Shown here: positions 28,606-43,487 of the stretch, in pieces
Position numbering within the stretch: the first letter of the stretch is position 1
Layout of the letters: each line of letters opens with the position of its first letter
From: Eledone cirrhosa
Lineage: Eukaryota
Direction of reading: 5' to 3'
DNA: 64,000 nt
Assembly: GCA_964016885.1 (NCBI GenBank)
Contig: CAXHJY010001315.1
Coordinates: 25,251 to 89,250 of the forward strand
Notes under the pieces: model-generated
Databases searched by the model: none
The model's input: the letters and a program-made list of their open reading frames with translations, nothing else
Told to the model about the DNA's origin: nothing
Position numbers and translations under genes: made by a program

Positions 28606-28796
28606 ATTGTTTCTATTTTAGACACAAGGCCAGCAAAATTAACCAGTGCATTACTGGTACTTTATTTTATCGACCCCGTAAGGATGAGAGACAAAGTTAA
28701 CCTCGACGGGATTTGAACTCACATCATAAAGGGACGTAACTCTATGCTTCAAAGCATGGTGTCCGACTCTCTACCGATACTGCCAATCCACCGCCC
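28605..28796 (-). mobile_element. tRNA-derived SINE, full length
   Basis: Same SINE family. Confidence 0.87.
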
Positions 28797-29112
28797 TATA
28801 TATTTATATATAGTAATAATAATAAATGTGAAGACTAAAATCCAAAGAGGGCTCGATAAGGATAAATATGTATAAGAAAACTAGGGTGAGTGCAGCGATT
28901 CTTTGCATAAACTTTAATCTGTTATTTTGATAAATATATATATATAGATAGGGAGAGAGAGAGAGATTAGAGAGAGACACAGAAAGAGAGAGAGGGGGGG
29001 GGAGAGTGATTTAGCTTCTCAATCCATTGAGTGGTTTGTGATTATCTCAAACAATTCGGTTAGTATTTGCTATATGTATCTACAACTTCGATTCATATTC
29101 AATATTTTATCG

Positions 29113-29148
<36 letters not shown>

Positions 29149-29153
29149 ACATC

Positions 29154-29220
<67 letters not shown>

Positions 29221-29354
29221 TTATATATATGTGTGTGTGTATATATATATTATATATATATATATCTATATGTATATATATATGTATATATATATATATA
29301 TATAATAGAAAGGACGAAAAAAAAGGGAAATATATATATACATACATATACATG

Positions 29355-29439
<85 letters not shown>

Positions 29440-30112
29440 ATACAGTATTAGCATAGCAACATAGTTTCACCGAAAAGCTGTACAATTATCGATCCTGCAG
29501 TTTGGTAGATGTTTTTTTTATTTTATTTTACTTTCTTTTTACTTTATTTAGTATTGTTTTTGTTGTTATTTTACCGCTGCCGTAAAACAAAAATAAAAAT
29601 AAAAAACACAACAAAAATTACAACACAAAAACCAAACAAAAAAAGTCAAACGAAAAACAAAATAGCTACAAAAAAAAAAAACGCCGGAGTGTTATAGTGA
29701 ACTTTAAGATGTAACTAAGATCAAAGTCTAGTAGTGAACGTATCATTCCATCAGAATTATTGGTGATTTATGTTGCATGACATCTATAATAATAACATTT
29801 TACAGTTGAATATCTATCGATGCAATCTCTTGCTACGGCTCAGATCAAACAAGATTAGCCACTCTCCTGTATCAACATGAAAACGACTATTTCATACGGT
29901 AACTATGATAGAGTTAACATACACTTTAGCTTTCCAAAGTCTTTCTATTTATTCAGTAGACCCCACCTTTCGCAGTAAATGAAACGTAAAGAAGAAACAG
30001 TTTTTCCTTTTTTTATATCTCGTTCTTTCTATTATATATATATATATATATAAATAAATAAATATATATATATATATAAATAAATATATATATATGTATA
30101 TATATATGTATA

Positions 30113-30172
<60 letters not shown>

Positions 30173-30453
30173 CGTGTATGTATGTATGTGAATATCATAT
30201 ATTAAACTAAATTATTCTTGTAAACTGGCGAGATAGCAAATTACATAATTACACGATTCATTTGGGCAACAGGAAAGTACATGTAATATTTTCTCCAATG
30301 CTGACCTACCTAGTCTCTCTTGAGATCAGTAATTCTAGACTGAAACGAACCACTTATCAATAACTTATGAACTGCCGTAGTTTTCGGTGCATGAGACGCA
30401 TTTTTTACCCAACATTCTACCTCCAAATGTGCCTGCATATTAGATATTATAAA

Positions 30454-30610
30454 AGGCGGTGAATTGGCAGAGTTGTTAGAGCGTCGAATAGAATACCTTG
30501 TGATAATCGTTCCGGCTCTCTGCTCTCTGTTGTTCAAATCCTGCCGAGGTCAACTTTACCTTTCATCTTTACGAGATCGATAAAAAAAAGTACCAGTCTC
30601 GTACTGGAGT
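30454..30610 (+). mobile_element. Older subfamily tRNA-derived SINE
   Basis: GGCGGTGAATTGGCAGAGTTG...GTTCAAATCC...Meta-like domain. Confidence 0.75.
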
Positions 30611-30854
30611 TGACTCTTACTCTATATCTCCTCTCTTTCTCATTTCCTCTCTATCCTTCTCTGGAAGAATTCTGCTGGACTCTAGCATAATTAGAAATGC
30701 TCTAGAAACTTTGCACGTAATAACAGGACCTCATCGGCATTTTAACTCAGAATATAAGCCAAGATTTGAACATAGAACGTAAAGAGCCGGTAGAAATACT
30801 GCTAAGCATTTGTACGAATCCCGAACGATTTTGTCTATCCATCGCTACTAATAC

Positions 30855-31600
30855 TTATTTCTACTTTGGGAACAAGACCAGCAATTTGAAAGGGAGGTGA
30901 AAATCGATTAAATTCATACCAGTGTTTTACTGGTACTTTATTTTATTGACTCCGTAAGGTAAAGTGACGTAAAGCATAGCTTGCAGCCCAACTTTCTACT
31001 GACAATGGTTTTTTTTATATAGGCACAAGACCAGCCAGGGAAAGGTCGATAGAGTTTCTAGTAAACAGATACCGGTGTGTGACTGGTACTTTATTTTATC
31101 GACCCCGTAAGGATGAAAGGCAAAGTTAACCTCGGCGGGATTTGAACTCAGATCATAAAGGGGCGTAACTCATGCTGCAATGCTTGGCGTCTGACCCTCT
31201 ACCGATACTGCCAATCCAGCGCCTTGACGACTTTCTATTGATAATTGCTTCTACATTTGGCACAAGGCCAACAATTATCCCAGTGTATTACTGGTGCTTT
31301 ATTTTATGGACCCCCTAAGGATGAAAGGCAAAGTTAAACCTCGGCGGGATTTGAACTCAGACCATAAAGGGGAGTAACTCTATGCTGCAAAGCATGGCAT
31401 CCGACCCTCTACCAATCCATCGCCTTAACAACTTTCTAGTGATAATTGTTTCTACTTTAGGCACAAGGCCAGCAATTACCCAGTGCATTACTGGTACTTT
31501 ATTTTATCGACCCCGTAAGGATGAAAGGCAAAGTCAACCTCGGCGGGATTTGAACTCAGATCGTAAAGGGACTTTCTAGTGATATTGCCAACTCACCACC
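30855..31600 (-). mobile_element. Tandem/nested cluster of 4-5 SINE copies
   Basis: Units at ~31081-31222, 31243-31423 and 31443-31570, separated by ACTTTCTA(G/T)TGATA. Confidence 0.85.
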
Positions 31601-31919
31601 CTGATTTTTGCTTTTAATAATAAAAAAAAGAATAAGGAAAAAGTGACGACTTTTCAGTTGTTTAGTTTTTAGGTCAATTTGTTATTTGTTAGGCGATATT
31701 TATCGGGATATTCTCGTTTTTGACCGCTGAGCTTTTCCTTCGTCTAACCACAAACAATGAGTGAAACATCTTTCTTTATATTACAGGAAGTAAGTCCCGT
31801 GTCAGCCAACAGATGTAAAAATCTCCAAGTCGTGACGAACGAAAAGATCACCTTATCGTCGATAATGGTCTCGTAGCATGCTTGTTTGTTTATTTGTTTA
31901 CATATTATATATACATACA

Positions 31920-31997
<78 letters not shown>

Positions 31998-32561
31998 CTT
32001 ATATACTTATTTACGTATTAATGTTTGTGTTTGTTTATTTGTTGTTTGATATATATATATATTTGTTTTCGTTTAGTTTCATGTTTTCTTTTTAAAGTCA
32101 AATGCTATGGGTTCTTCTTCTTCTTCTTCTTCTTCTTCTTCTTCTTCTTCTTCTTCTTCTTCTTCTTCTTCTTCTTCTTCTTCTTCTTCTTCTTCTTCTT
32201 CTTCTTCCTGTTGTGTATTGTGCCTAAACAGATTGTGTGCACCTGTCCACAAGAAACAGATGTGCTTCTGCTTGTCAATTATGAGAGAACAACCATCTCC
32301 TGCAAAAATATGTTTTATTTCACAAGGCCAAGAAGACATCAACTCATACAAACAATACCTCTGTTAAGCTTTCATGTATAGTAGTTAAAGAATTAATGGA
32401 GAATTAAAAGACTTGTTAGGACATCGAATAGAATGCTTTACGGTATTAGGTCCGGCTTTCTGCGCTCTGAGTTCAAATCCAGTTGAGATCAACTTTCGCC
32501 CTTTCGAGATCGATAAATATAGCACCTGGCCATAACTGAAATCGACTCCTCCCACCCACCC

Positions 32562-32596
<35 letters not shown>

Positions 32597-32612
32597 CACT
32601 CTCACTCACTCT

Positions 32613-32667
<55 letters not shown>

Positions 32668-32723
32668 ATATTGAAATGGATTCTACATGACTAGAGCCCG
32701 AGATACACATATCTATATATATA

Positions 32724-32760
<37 letters not shown>

Positions 32761-33798
32761 GCGAGTGTGTGTGCTCGCGTGTGTGAGTTAGAAATCACTG
32801 GTGTAGAGGTTCACTTCGCAGTCATGAGGTCCCATGTTCGATCCAACTTCATTGCGTTTTGAGAATGAAATGTGACTGAGAACGAAATTGGATTGACAGG
32901 AACTGTGTGGAAGGCCATCGGATGGATTGTGTCTGGAATTCAAATGTCCAGTCTTGTCACATATTGTGTCAGTCACGTTGATTGATCCTGACAAATTAAT
33001 TTAAAGGTAGGTATGTCTTTAGAACACTCAATCAGTAACACATTAATTCATGAACTCGACGATCACTGGATCGGACATCTGAATGCCCATCGCCGAAACA
33101 GACGGAATATACGTCATCATCATAATCATCATCATCATCATCATTTTTCTTTACTCTAGATGAAGTTGATAATATGACTCGGGATATATTGTCACTTTAA
33201 AAGTCCAGGAAAACTATGATGTAATATATTGCATTAGGCAGGTATTTTGCATTGTTCAACATAGACATATGGAAGTCTAAACTAATTTATATAAAAAAAT
33301 ATATACGCACAATAACAAAATAAAAAATATTCTGTATATGATATATTCAAAAGCAAAGAAATCTCACTGCCGAGAAGATGGCGTTTAATTACCTGAAATC
33401 TCAGCCCCTTAAAGAAATTTACTCTTTTGTCATCGTATCTAGATTTCCCAAAGAAATATAGATGCCAACATTGGCAAAATATTCAACATATCATTGAAAC
33501 AATTTAGTCAAACTATAAAAAATTAATGTTGACAAGAGCAAACTACGCCGAAACAACATATAATATTCTTTACAAAAAAAAGGGAGCTTACTCATTAGCA
33601 ATAGTGCATTGGAGTGACAACAAAAGGAATACGCTAGGACAGTGTTCAAATCAAAAATGTAATAATATACTCCTGGGTTGTTCGTAAGAAGGTTTATCTC
33701 TTTTACTCACAGCTGTATTTTCCCTTATGTATTTACAATAGAACCTATTTATGTTTTCCAGAAAGAAGAATGACAAGTCGGGAAGATTGAAACTGAAA

Positions 33799-33891
<93 letters not shown>

Positions 33892-33949
33892 CGGAAGGGA
33901 AAATAAAATATAAAAGAAAAGTGGCATAAAATAAAAATAAAAATACTTG

Positions 33950-34016
<67 letters not shown>

Positions 34017-34071
34017 ATGTGTGTGTATATATATATATATATATATACATACACACACATATATATATGTA

Positions 34072-34144
<73 letters not shown>

Positions 34145-34279
34145 GGGGAAAAGTCTAAAACAGTGATTGAAAACAATATGGCAGCCTCCATAGAAAGAAA
34201 GTGAAGCCGTAAAGATTTTTTCAAATCCGAAACACCTACAAATATATCAGTGCATTTGAATCGTATAGAAATGTTCATA

Positions 34280-34860
34280 TCTCTTATCCAACTGTCTCTC
34301 TCTCTCTTTCTCACTCTCTCTCTCTCTCTTCCCCTTTTCTCTCTCTTTCATTGTTCCCTCTCTCTTTTTCTCTTTGTCTCTTTCTCTCTCCCTACTCTCT
34401 CTCTCTCTCTTCTTTCTTTCTCTCTTTCTCTCTTTCTTTCTCTCCCTCCTTTTCTCTAAATCTAATTCAATATCTCTACTTACTCTGTGTCTCTCTCCTC
34501 CTCCTTCTCTTCCTCCTCCTCTTCCCCTCCTCCTCCTCTTCTACCCCCCCCCTCCCATCTCACTCTCTATCTCTCGTGTTCTTTCCTTCTCTCTCTCTAT
34601 CTCTTTTTCATTCCCTTTCACTCTGTCCCTTTCCCTCTCTTTGCCATTCTCCATTATTTCTGTACCTCTCTATCTCTCTCCACCCCTCCCCCACCCTTCT
34701 CTCTCTCTCTCTCAACCGCTCTCTATCTATCTCTATCTCTCTCACCTCTCTCTATCTAGCACTATCTCTCTCTCAACCTCTTTCTATCTATCTCTATCCT
34801 TTTCCACCTCTATCTCTATCTCTCACAACCTCTCCCTATCTCTCTCGATATCTCTCCAAA
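34280..34860. repeat. Polypyrimidine/(CT)n low-complexity tract
   Basis: Direct reading of the sequence. Confidence 0.85.
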
Positions 34861-35439
34861 CTAAATATCTCCTGGGTATGATAAATCATTTCTACGCCAC
34901 TTTCCATATAATCACATCTTTCTCTCTCTAAATTATTCAATAGCCAGTGTTATTTTTTAACTTACCCGTATTTATAAATAAAAAAAAAATATTTAATAAC
35001 AATTCCAAGCTTTAAGTTCTTTAAACTTTGCTTTTGGGTATATTGAAAGGAAATAGAAGTGATATTTGTTTCTGTTTTATTCCGCCGTTAACTATTTATG
35101 GAGTCTTAGGGTCGGCATTTAAACTTAGGTCAAGCCCATTACTTTTCTAGGTCGATTTCTTCCAGAGAGAGGAAACACGGAGACAGGAAGAGAAAGAGAG
35201 TGTTGAAGGAGTGTAGGTGAGAAAGAGGTAAATTGACTCTCAGCACTGCATTGGTAGTTTGCTAGCATAATACCTATTGGGACTTAACTACGTTTGGAAT
35301 CGTAGGGGCGCCGTCATAACATGCCGCGTTTCTTTGGCATTTAAACCTGACGTAAGCCATGTTTCTCCAGGTCAGGACATAATCGATTTGTTCCAGTGAA
35401 GAAAGAGACAGAGAGAAAGAGTACACAGATTGAAAATAA

Positions 35440-36141
35440 ATAATTGTTTCTAATTTTGGCACAATGCCAGCAATTATTCCACTATTGCCACCAATTATCG
35501 ACCCCGTAAGGATGAAAGGCAAAGTTAACCTCGGCGGGATTTGAACTCAGACGGTAAAGGGCCGTAACTCTTTGCTGCAAAACATGGCGTTTGACCCTCT
35601 ACCGATTTTGCCAATCCACCACCCTTGAAATAAATAATAATTGTTTCTACTTTTGGCACAAGGCCAGCAAGTATCTCAGTGTATTACTGATACTTTAGTT
35701 TATCGATCCCGTAAGGATGAAAGGCAAAGTTAACCTCGGCGGGATTTGAACTCAGACCATAAAGAGCCGTAACTCTATGCTGCAAAGCATGGCGTCTGAC
35801 CCTCTACCAATACTGCCAATCCAGCGAATATCTAATAGACTAAAATATCTACCACCTTAAAAGGAAAGAACGCATTAAGCAGTTTGGGGTAACTAAATGC
35901 TGAAGAAAAGGATGTGATTGGATGGTCGTGGCTGGAATGCCGTTAATAATCAGACAAGTCGAGAAAACATCCTTCGCAACATATGCAACATATTGATTGT
36001 AGTGAATATGATACATATTCTCTCTATGTGATAATTGTTTCTACTTTTGGCACAAGTCCAGCAATAACCCAGTGCATTACTGGTACTTTATTTTATCGAC
36101 CCCGTAAGAATGAAAGGCAAAGTTAACCTCGGCGGGATTTG
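35440..36141 (-). mobile_element. Three SINE copies (35440-35624, 35640-35825, 36032-36141)
   Basis: Same SINE family. The first two are in tandem. Confidence 0.85.
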
Positions 36142-36322
36142 ATGTGATAATGTGTTTGTGTATGTATGTACACATGAGTGTGTGAGTATGTGTGCATGTG
36201 TGTATGTGCGCATCTGTGTGTATGTGTACATGTGTGTATGAGTGTGTGTGTGTGAATGTGTGTATATGGGGGCTTGTGTGTGAATGTGTGCGTATGTGTG
36301 TGTATGTGCCTGTACGTATGCA

Positions 36323-36356
<34 letters not shown>

Positions 36357-37619
36357 GGCATATGTGTCTGAATGTGTGTATGCGTGCGTGTGTACGTGCG
36401 TGCTTACTCGGGTTTGAGTCCCGTCAATAACATCGATTCATGTGTGTGTATGAATGTGTATGTGTGTGTATGTGCCTGTACGTATGTATCTGTGTATGTG
36501 TGTGTGTGTATGTGCCTGTACGTATGCATCTGTGTGGGGGGGGGGGGCACATGTGTCTGAATGTGTGTATGCGTGCGTGTGTACGTGCGTGCTTACTCGG
36601 TTTTGAGTACCGTCAATAAGATCGAGGTGGTGTAAAGTTTCTAAGTATAAATACGAGCAGGCTATATGATGACATATGAATTTACCGCATTATATCAAAC
36701 GATGAATCCGTTGTTAAACATTTAGAATGTATATTTCTTATATTCCCTGGCACCATTCATTGATTTTTCCTTTCCTGTCGGCCCTTCTGCTTAGTGTATC
36801 TGTCACCGTTTTTCAATGGTGTATCAACTTCATTTATCGGCTAGCCACCTCCTCAGGAGTTAGTATTGTTGTAGAAACGTGACATCTGATATATATCTGC
36901 GTCGCTTGCACAGCAACTAAGCAAATATACGGTACAACACATGAACTTTGCTTTAAAAGAATAAGCTGTCTGTATTAGTCCCTCTCTTAAGTCGCTTCCC
37001 TTCCTGGTGCGATACAAACTCGTTACGTTTTACTATTGTTGTATTGGTTCAGATTGCTTACAAGCCAGCTTTCAGTTTTCATCAATGAAACATTTTTTCC
37101 CCTTATAATATCCAAATCACAGTAATTACGAGTGTAACAAAAAGTAAGTCAATAAATTGTATGAGAATCTGAATTGTCGGTTCTTTTTATATTTTATCTG
37201 TAATTTTCTTAATGATATTAAAGGAACTAGCTGAAAACCACCCTTCGTGTGGTTTTCTGCTAGCATGTGTATTGTGTATATTGATATTATATGCATGCAG
37301 ATATGATACGTCAAATAAAATGCACAGAAATTGAAGAGACTGTGCTACAATGTTTTCTGTAATCGGTAAAGTACTCCATGATCCATTTTAAAAAGACGAT
37401 ATTATATATAAACTGCATTACGTTGAAATTTTATGAAAAACGAAAAAGGAGAAAATCAGCGATGTGATATAGCGTCCATTATATCATAACCGGAAGTATT
37501 TACATTTTAAAATTTTAAAAGAGAATCTTGAAATAACAATCATTATATATAAAATTATTTAATCTGAGTTACGAAATTTAGTACATAAATTATGTAATAT
37601 TCATTCATTATTTATTTAA

Positions 37620-37808
37620 AGGGTGGTGGATTGGCAATATCGGTAGAGGGTCGGACGCCATGCTTTCCAGTATAGTTACGTCCCCTTACGATCTGAGTTC
37701 AAATCCCGCCGAGGTTGACTTTGCCTTTCATCCTTACGGGGTCGATAAAATAAAGTACCAGTAATGCACTGGGTAATTGCTGGCCTTGTGCCTAAAGTAG
37801 AAACAATT
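37620..37808 (+). mobile_element. tRNA-derived SINE, full length
   Basis: A box TGGCAATATCGG, B box, Meta-like domain. Confidence 0.88.
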
Positions 37809-38447
37809 ATTTATTCAAAGTAAACCAACTTATTTTAAAAAAGGGGTAAAAAAATATATTCAGGACGCAGTCCCGAACTCCTCCCTTCATTATATTATGA
37901 TTGTTGATACGTTACTATTCGTTCGTCATTAATAATTTTAGAGGCTGGTAGGTTTACAAAGTTGAATTATCTACTTTGTAAGACATTCCTACATTCACAT
38001 AACCTCAAAATATTATGATAGGTCCACCGTTATTGTGACAACAAATTGCCAAAACAAAACAAAGAAAAACTAAGCATATTAATCTAAATAAAATCTAGAA
38101 CTTTAAAGTCAAGTTACCTCTTTTGTAATATTATATTCAATATCTTTCACCCATGAATTAACCAATAATAAGAGTAAAAGTTTATTGTAGCAAAGATGGC
38201 ACCGGTGATAAGGGACATTCTATGAAAGAGGAAAGCCCATAAAATGAAATACCAAATATCCTGAGATCATTTTAATGTCGTCTCTGTATTAACACCATGT
38301 TTACCTGACTAGGCCTGAGATGTCTCCTTAGACTATTCAACGAATATTTCACCTTTCTTCGAATACGAAGCATTATTTAGGTTACGATCTCAATGAAAGG
38401 AAAATCATCCATGCGTAACGAAACATATGTGTATATGTGTCTATATG

Positions 38448-38486
<39 letters not shown>

Positions 38487-38488
38487 GT

Positions 38489-38520
<32 letters not shown>

Positions 38521-39436
38521 GTGAAAAATATGGGGAGAAGAATACTGCATGGTTGCACATGGATAACATGTTATAAAATGAGTCCCTCATCAGTGATTTG
38601 CCAACGGTCATTGGTATTTCATTGCAATAAAAATCATATATATATATATATGTATATATGTAGGATATCTGGTTGTTAGTCGACATTAGGTATTGACAAC
38701 CTCTTTCAAGCAGTCATATCCCGCCGAGGTTAACTTTCCCTTTCATCCTTACTGGGTCGATAAAATAAACCACCAGTAATGTACTGGGATCGATTTAATC
38801 GACTTTCCCTTCCCCTTCAAATTGCTGGCCTTGTGCCTAAAGTATATACATCAATTATCAAGTCTGACAACGGTTTCTTACATTTTTTGTTGCCAATTCG
38901 CCGCTCTAATCTAAGTCACCTCGTCACCAACTGCATCCCCCATTTTTTTTTATTTATTTTTACTTCTATTACATTGGATCATATCTAGTTAATAAAAGCC
39001 AAGCCAAACAATAAGATATGTGTAATTCTTCTAGCAACTGTTTCTCTTGTCTACGGCTATATCTTATTGCTTATCTCATCCAGAATAACCTAATTAATCT
39101 AACTTACTATCACGTTTTCAACATGTTATCTCATCTCTTAAGTAGCCTTGGCCACACTTAATTCGTAACTGAAGCCTTTTTACTCATTCCTGGCTAAACC
39201 TAATATCACACAAGCAATGGCGTGATTCTTAATTATAGAAAGCTGCACTTGTCACGAGAAGACATTGTTTCTAATGTCTTCACTAACCTCTGTCTTACTA
39301 CTGAACCGATTAAATGGAAATTTCGTCCTCACATTTAATACAAGTTGTAGGTCATATTATTACTGTTCGATAAAATATAAGGGTAGTAAAATGTTTTAAT
39401 TCTACACAGCACTGAGGAATTATACTTTCGTTAAAC

Positions 39437-39478
<42 letters not shown>

Positions 39479-39633
39479 ACACACACACACACATACACTC
39501 ACACACACACACATATATATATACTTCTGTATATATATTTACTTCTGCGTTCACAGATTGATTTTTGTTTTAGGTTCAGAAGATCCCGTTAAAGGTGAAA
39601 GCAGCGATTCTTTGCTAAAACTTTAATCTGTTA

Positions 39634-39992
<359 letters not shown>

Positions 39993-40095
39993 TTCCCGGC
40001 GGCGATTACGGTACTTTTTTTTCCTAGAATAAGTCTCAAAAATCTACCATGCGTCCTGGAGGCCGGAGGTTGTTTATTATATCTTTTCAAATCTT

Positions 40096-40142
<47 letters not shown>

Positions 40143-40150
<8 letters not shown>

Positions 40151-40580
40151 AAGGTTTAGCAAATAATGAAAAAGTTTCAAAATAAATTTTTAAAAATTGA
40201 CTTTACCTACTATAGTTACCTTTACCGATCGGTTTCGAATCCCAAAAATAAACGTAAGCGCTAGTTCGTAATTTAAATTCAGGAATTTTATATTCTTCGA
40301 ATGAAAAGAACCTTCTGACGAGAATCTTTCTTTGCAACGAAGGCCGTATGGTCTACGTTTATTTTTGGGATTCGAAACCGATCGGTAAAGGTAACTATAG
40401 TAGGTAAAGTCAATTTTTTTTAATTTATTTTGAAACTTTTTCATTATTTGCTAAACCTTGTTTATATTTGTTCTGGTTCGTTAATTTATTAACCTGTCAT
40501 TGAACCACACTGGCATTTGGTTGGACAATACATGCGTACCTTAGCGCCTTGTGCGTGAAGGAACACATATCTTATTACTA
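40143..40580. mobile_element. Family I HHR element, head-to-head arms
   Basis: 40143-40254 is inverted relative to 40353-40467. (TA)n flanks. Confidence 0.85.
40310..40392 (+). ncRNA. Hammerhead ribozyme, family I
   Basis: ACCUU-CUGACGA-GAAUCU...GGAUUC-GAAA-CCGAUCGG-UA-AAGGU. Confidence 0.88.
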
Positions 40581-40793
40581 TATATATATATATATAAATA
40601 AAGGATAAAGATCTCATAAGATCCAAAAAACAGCGTGTCTAGGGAACTTTTAAACCTGGTGGAGCCCAACCCTCTCCAGGTCTGAACACAGCCGATTTTT
40701 TCTATAGAGGAAGAATCGATCCCAGTATTAGACTGGCTCTTTATTTATCGACCTCGAAAAGGTGAAAGGCAAAGTTGATTCTTCTCTCTCTCA

Positions 40794-40828
<35 letters not shown>

Positions 40829-41671
40829 ACCAGTCAGTTACGGAGGGTCAAAACTAATATCTCTATAAGGCAGCCCTGGTGTCAATAGAACTACAGTTGT
40901 ACATTATATCAATATTAATATTTGTAATTAAATTCAGGAGATATATGTGTGAATGAATCATACTTTATATTTTAACAGAAATATATATGTGTATGGATAT
41001 AAGTGTGTGTGTGTGTATGTATCTGTCTGTGAGTGTGTGTATGTGTGTGCGTGTGTATGAGGACTTGGGCATACACATATATACATAGACTCACACATAC
41101 ATGCACAAATATATAGATGTTCACACATACACACAAAAGCAAACACGGGCATATCGCAAGTATACACATATACACAGAGAAATGTATAACATACACAATC
41201 ACGGATATAACATCGCAAAGATGTACACACACAAGGGGAGATGTACACACTTACACAAACACGAGCAAAAAAGACAAAATACACAAATACATATACACAC
41301 AAACAAAGAGTATGTATATATACATACTCTTACACACAAACACATACAGGCAGGCATAAAAACAAATAGACACATACACATATATACACACACTCGCAAT
41401 TATAGAAGTAAACACATACACACATATATATTCACATATACACACATACACAAACACACACACGTGGGCATAAAACAAACACGTTCACACACAATTTTAT
41501 TTTATTAAAAATATAGATGGTCGCCAACAATAAACGCGGGTGTTTGTGGTCACGTGTGTCTACATCCGGGGCAAATACATCCTGTTGAGTCTCTTCCTAG
41601 TTGCCCTTGTTTACAGCTGTGTCGTCATAGAACAGAAATAGAAACTCTTCTTTCTCATATCCTGTTAGGTT

Positions 41672-41850
41672 CAGTGCCGGATTTACCATTGTGCTTTGGT
41701 GTGATTAAGCACAGGGCCCCGATTGCCAGGGGGGTCCAACTTCCTTCCCCACAAAAATTTTTTACGATGAAAAACCTACTTCAGGGCCCAAGTATGAAGC
41801 CTCATAATTTAACTTAGCACAGGGCCTCATTTGTCCTAAACTCGGCACTG
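41672..41850. mobile_element. hAT-type MITE (179 bp)
   Basis: TIRs CAGTGCCGgaTTTA / TAAActCGGCACTG, 8-bp TSD GTTAGGTT / GTTAGGAT, subterminal AGCACAGGGCC repeats. Confidence 0.85.
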
Positions 41851-41954
41851 GTTAGGATTGATGTTACAGCTCACACCTCTGCAGGTTTAGCTGGCCTCCT
41901 CCAAGGTATATCTCGTTGGAGGTGTCTTGGGTGATTTAAAGATAGGGACCCCAG

Positions 41955-42052
41955 TCCTACCATCTCATTTCTACAGCTGAGTAAACTGGAGCAACGTGAA
42001 ATAAAGTGTCTTGCTCAAGGACAACAACACATCACACGGTCCGAGAATTGAA
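41955..42052 (-). mobile_element. Fragment of a second SINE type
   Basis: Minus strand TTGTCCTTGAGCAAGACACTTTAT...CTCCAGTTTACTCAGCTG, a typical SINE central-domain motif. Confidence 0.55.
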
Positions 42053-42888
42053 GGCTAGTAGAAAGACATTAAGACATTACATGTTGGGTGTGTCAACGGT
42101 CTCAAATGATGGGGACACTCATATATTAATTGATCAATAAATTCATTATAGCTTTTGTATCATTAAGTCCATCTATCTTTCCATATATCCACTCATGGGG
42201 CCTGATATAGTCATGGAGACGTTACAGCCCCGTTATAGACTAAGCTTATGGTTCTCCAGGTCTGAAGACATTTCTTCGAAAAAGAGAGGGAATGATAGTC
42301 GGAGGAAGAATTGTCAACGGTTTTAGACTGGAATTTTTTCCTTCAAAATTTTAGTGATAAAAGTCAAAGTTGACCTCAGCTAAAGGTGAACTCGAATCGT
42401 GGCAATAACTGCTTTTTTTTGCTACTTTATATCACTAAAAGAGCTTGAATAATCAAACTAAACACTGGAAAGCAGACAGAGAATTGTCAGAGTCGTTAGA
42501 ACGTCGGATATAATGCTTTGCAGTATTTGTTCCGACCCTCTGCTCTCTGAGTTCAAATCCTGCCGAGGTCAAATTCGCCCTTCATCCATTTAAGGTCATT
42601 AAATTATACAAAATATTGATATTTTTCTTTGGTTCTATTTAAATTCCTACTGCTTCATATTTTAGGTATAACAGTTTAACACACATACACACACACACAC
42701 TCTCTCTCTCTATATATATATATATATATGCATACATATATGAATATGTGTGTGTGTGTGTCTATGTATGTATGTATATATATATATATATATATATATA
42801 CATTCATACATACAAATAGTTATATATTAAATCAAATGTATATATATATATATTTGTGATTGTGGCTTTATACAAATATAGTACAGAA

Positions 42889-43487
42889 CACAGAGAAATA
42901 ATTGATTCTACTTTAGGCACAAGGCCAGCAATTATCCAGTGCATTACTGGTACTTTATTTTATCGACCCCATAAGGATGAAAGGCAAAGTCAACCTCGGC
43001 GGGATTTGAACTCAGATCGTAAAGAGACATAACTATGCTGGAAAGCATGGCGTCCGACCCTCTACCGATACTGCCAATTCACAGAGAAATAATTGTTTCT
43101 ACTTTAGGCACAAGGCCAGCAATTATCCAGTGCATTACTGGTACTTTATTTTATCGACCTCGTAAGGATGAAAGGCAAAGTCAACCTCGGCGGGATTTGA
43201 ACTCAGATCGTAAAGAGACGTAACTATGCTAGAAAGCATGGCGTCCGACCCTCTACCGATACTGCCAATTCACAGAGAAATAATTGTTTCTACTTTAGGC
43301 ACAAGGCCAGCAATTAACCAGTGCATTACTGGTACTTTGTTTTATCGACCCCGTAAGGATGAAAGGCAAAGTTAACCTAGGCGGGATTTGAACTCAGAAT
43401 GGCAAGGGCCGTAACTCTATGCATCAAAGCATGGCGTCCGACCCTCTACCGATACTGCCAATCCACCACCATTCACAGAGAAATAAT
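42889..43487 (-). mobile_element. Tandem SINE trimer punctuated by a repeated 14-bp target sequence
   Basis: CACAGAGAAATAAT at 42889, 43080, 43271 and 43474. Confidence 0.9.

Noticed and set aside
37620-37720. tRNA genes
   Set aside because: The A/B boxes belong to SINE heads, and no cloverleaf can be formed.
38560-38640. Other CTGATGA/CTGAAGA hits (38591 -, 14273, 13036, 22372, 44285 -, 46235)
   Set aside because: I could not build stems I-III with a correctly placed GAAA and NUH, so they are not called as HHRs.
42889-43487. CRISPR-like regular repeats
   Set aside because: The spacers are SINE copies in eukaryotic DNA, and there are no cas genes.
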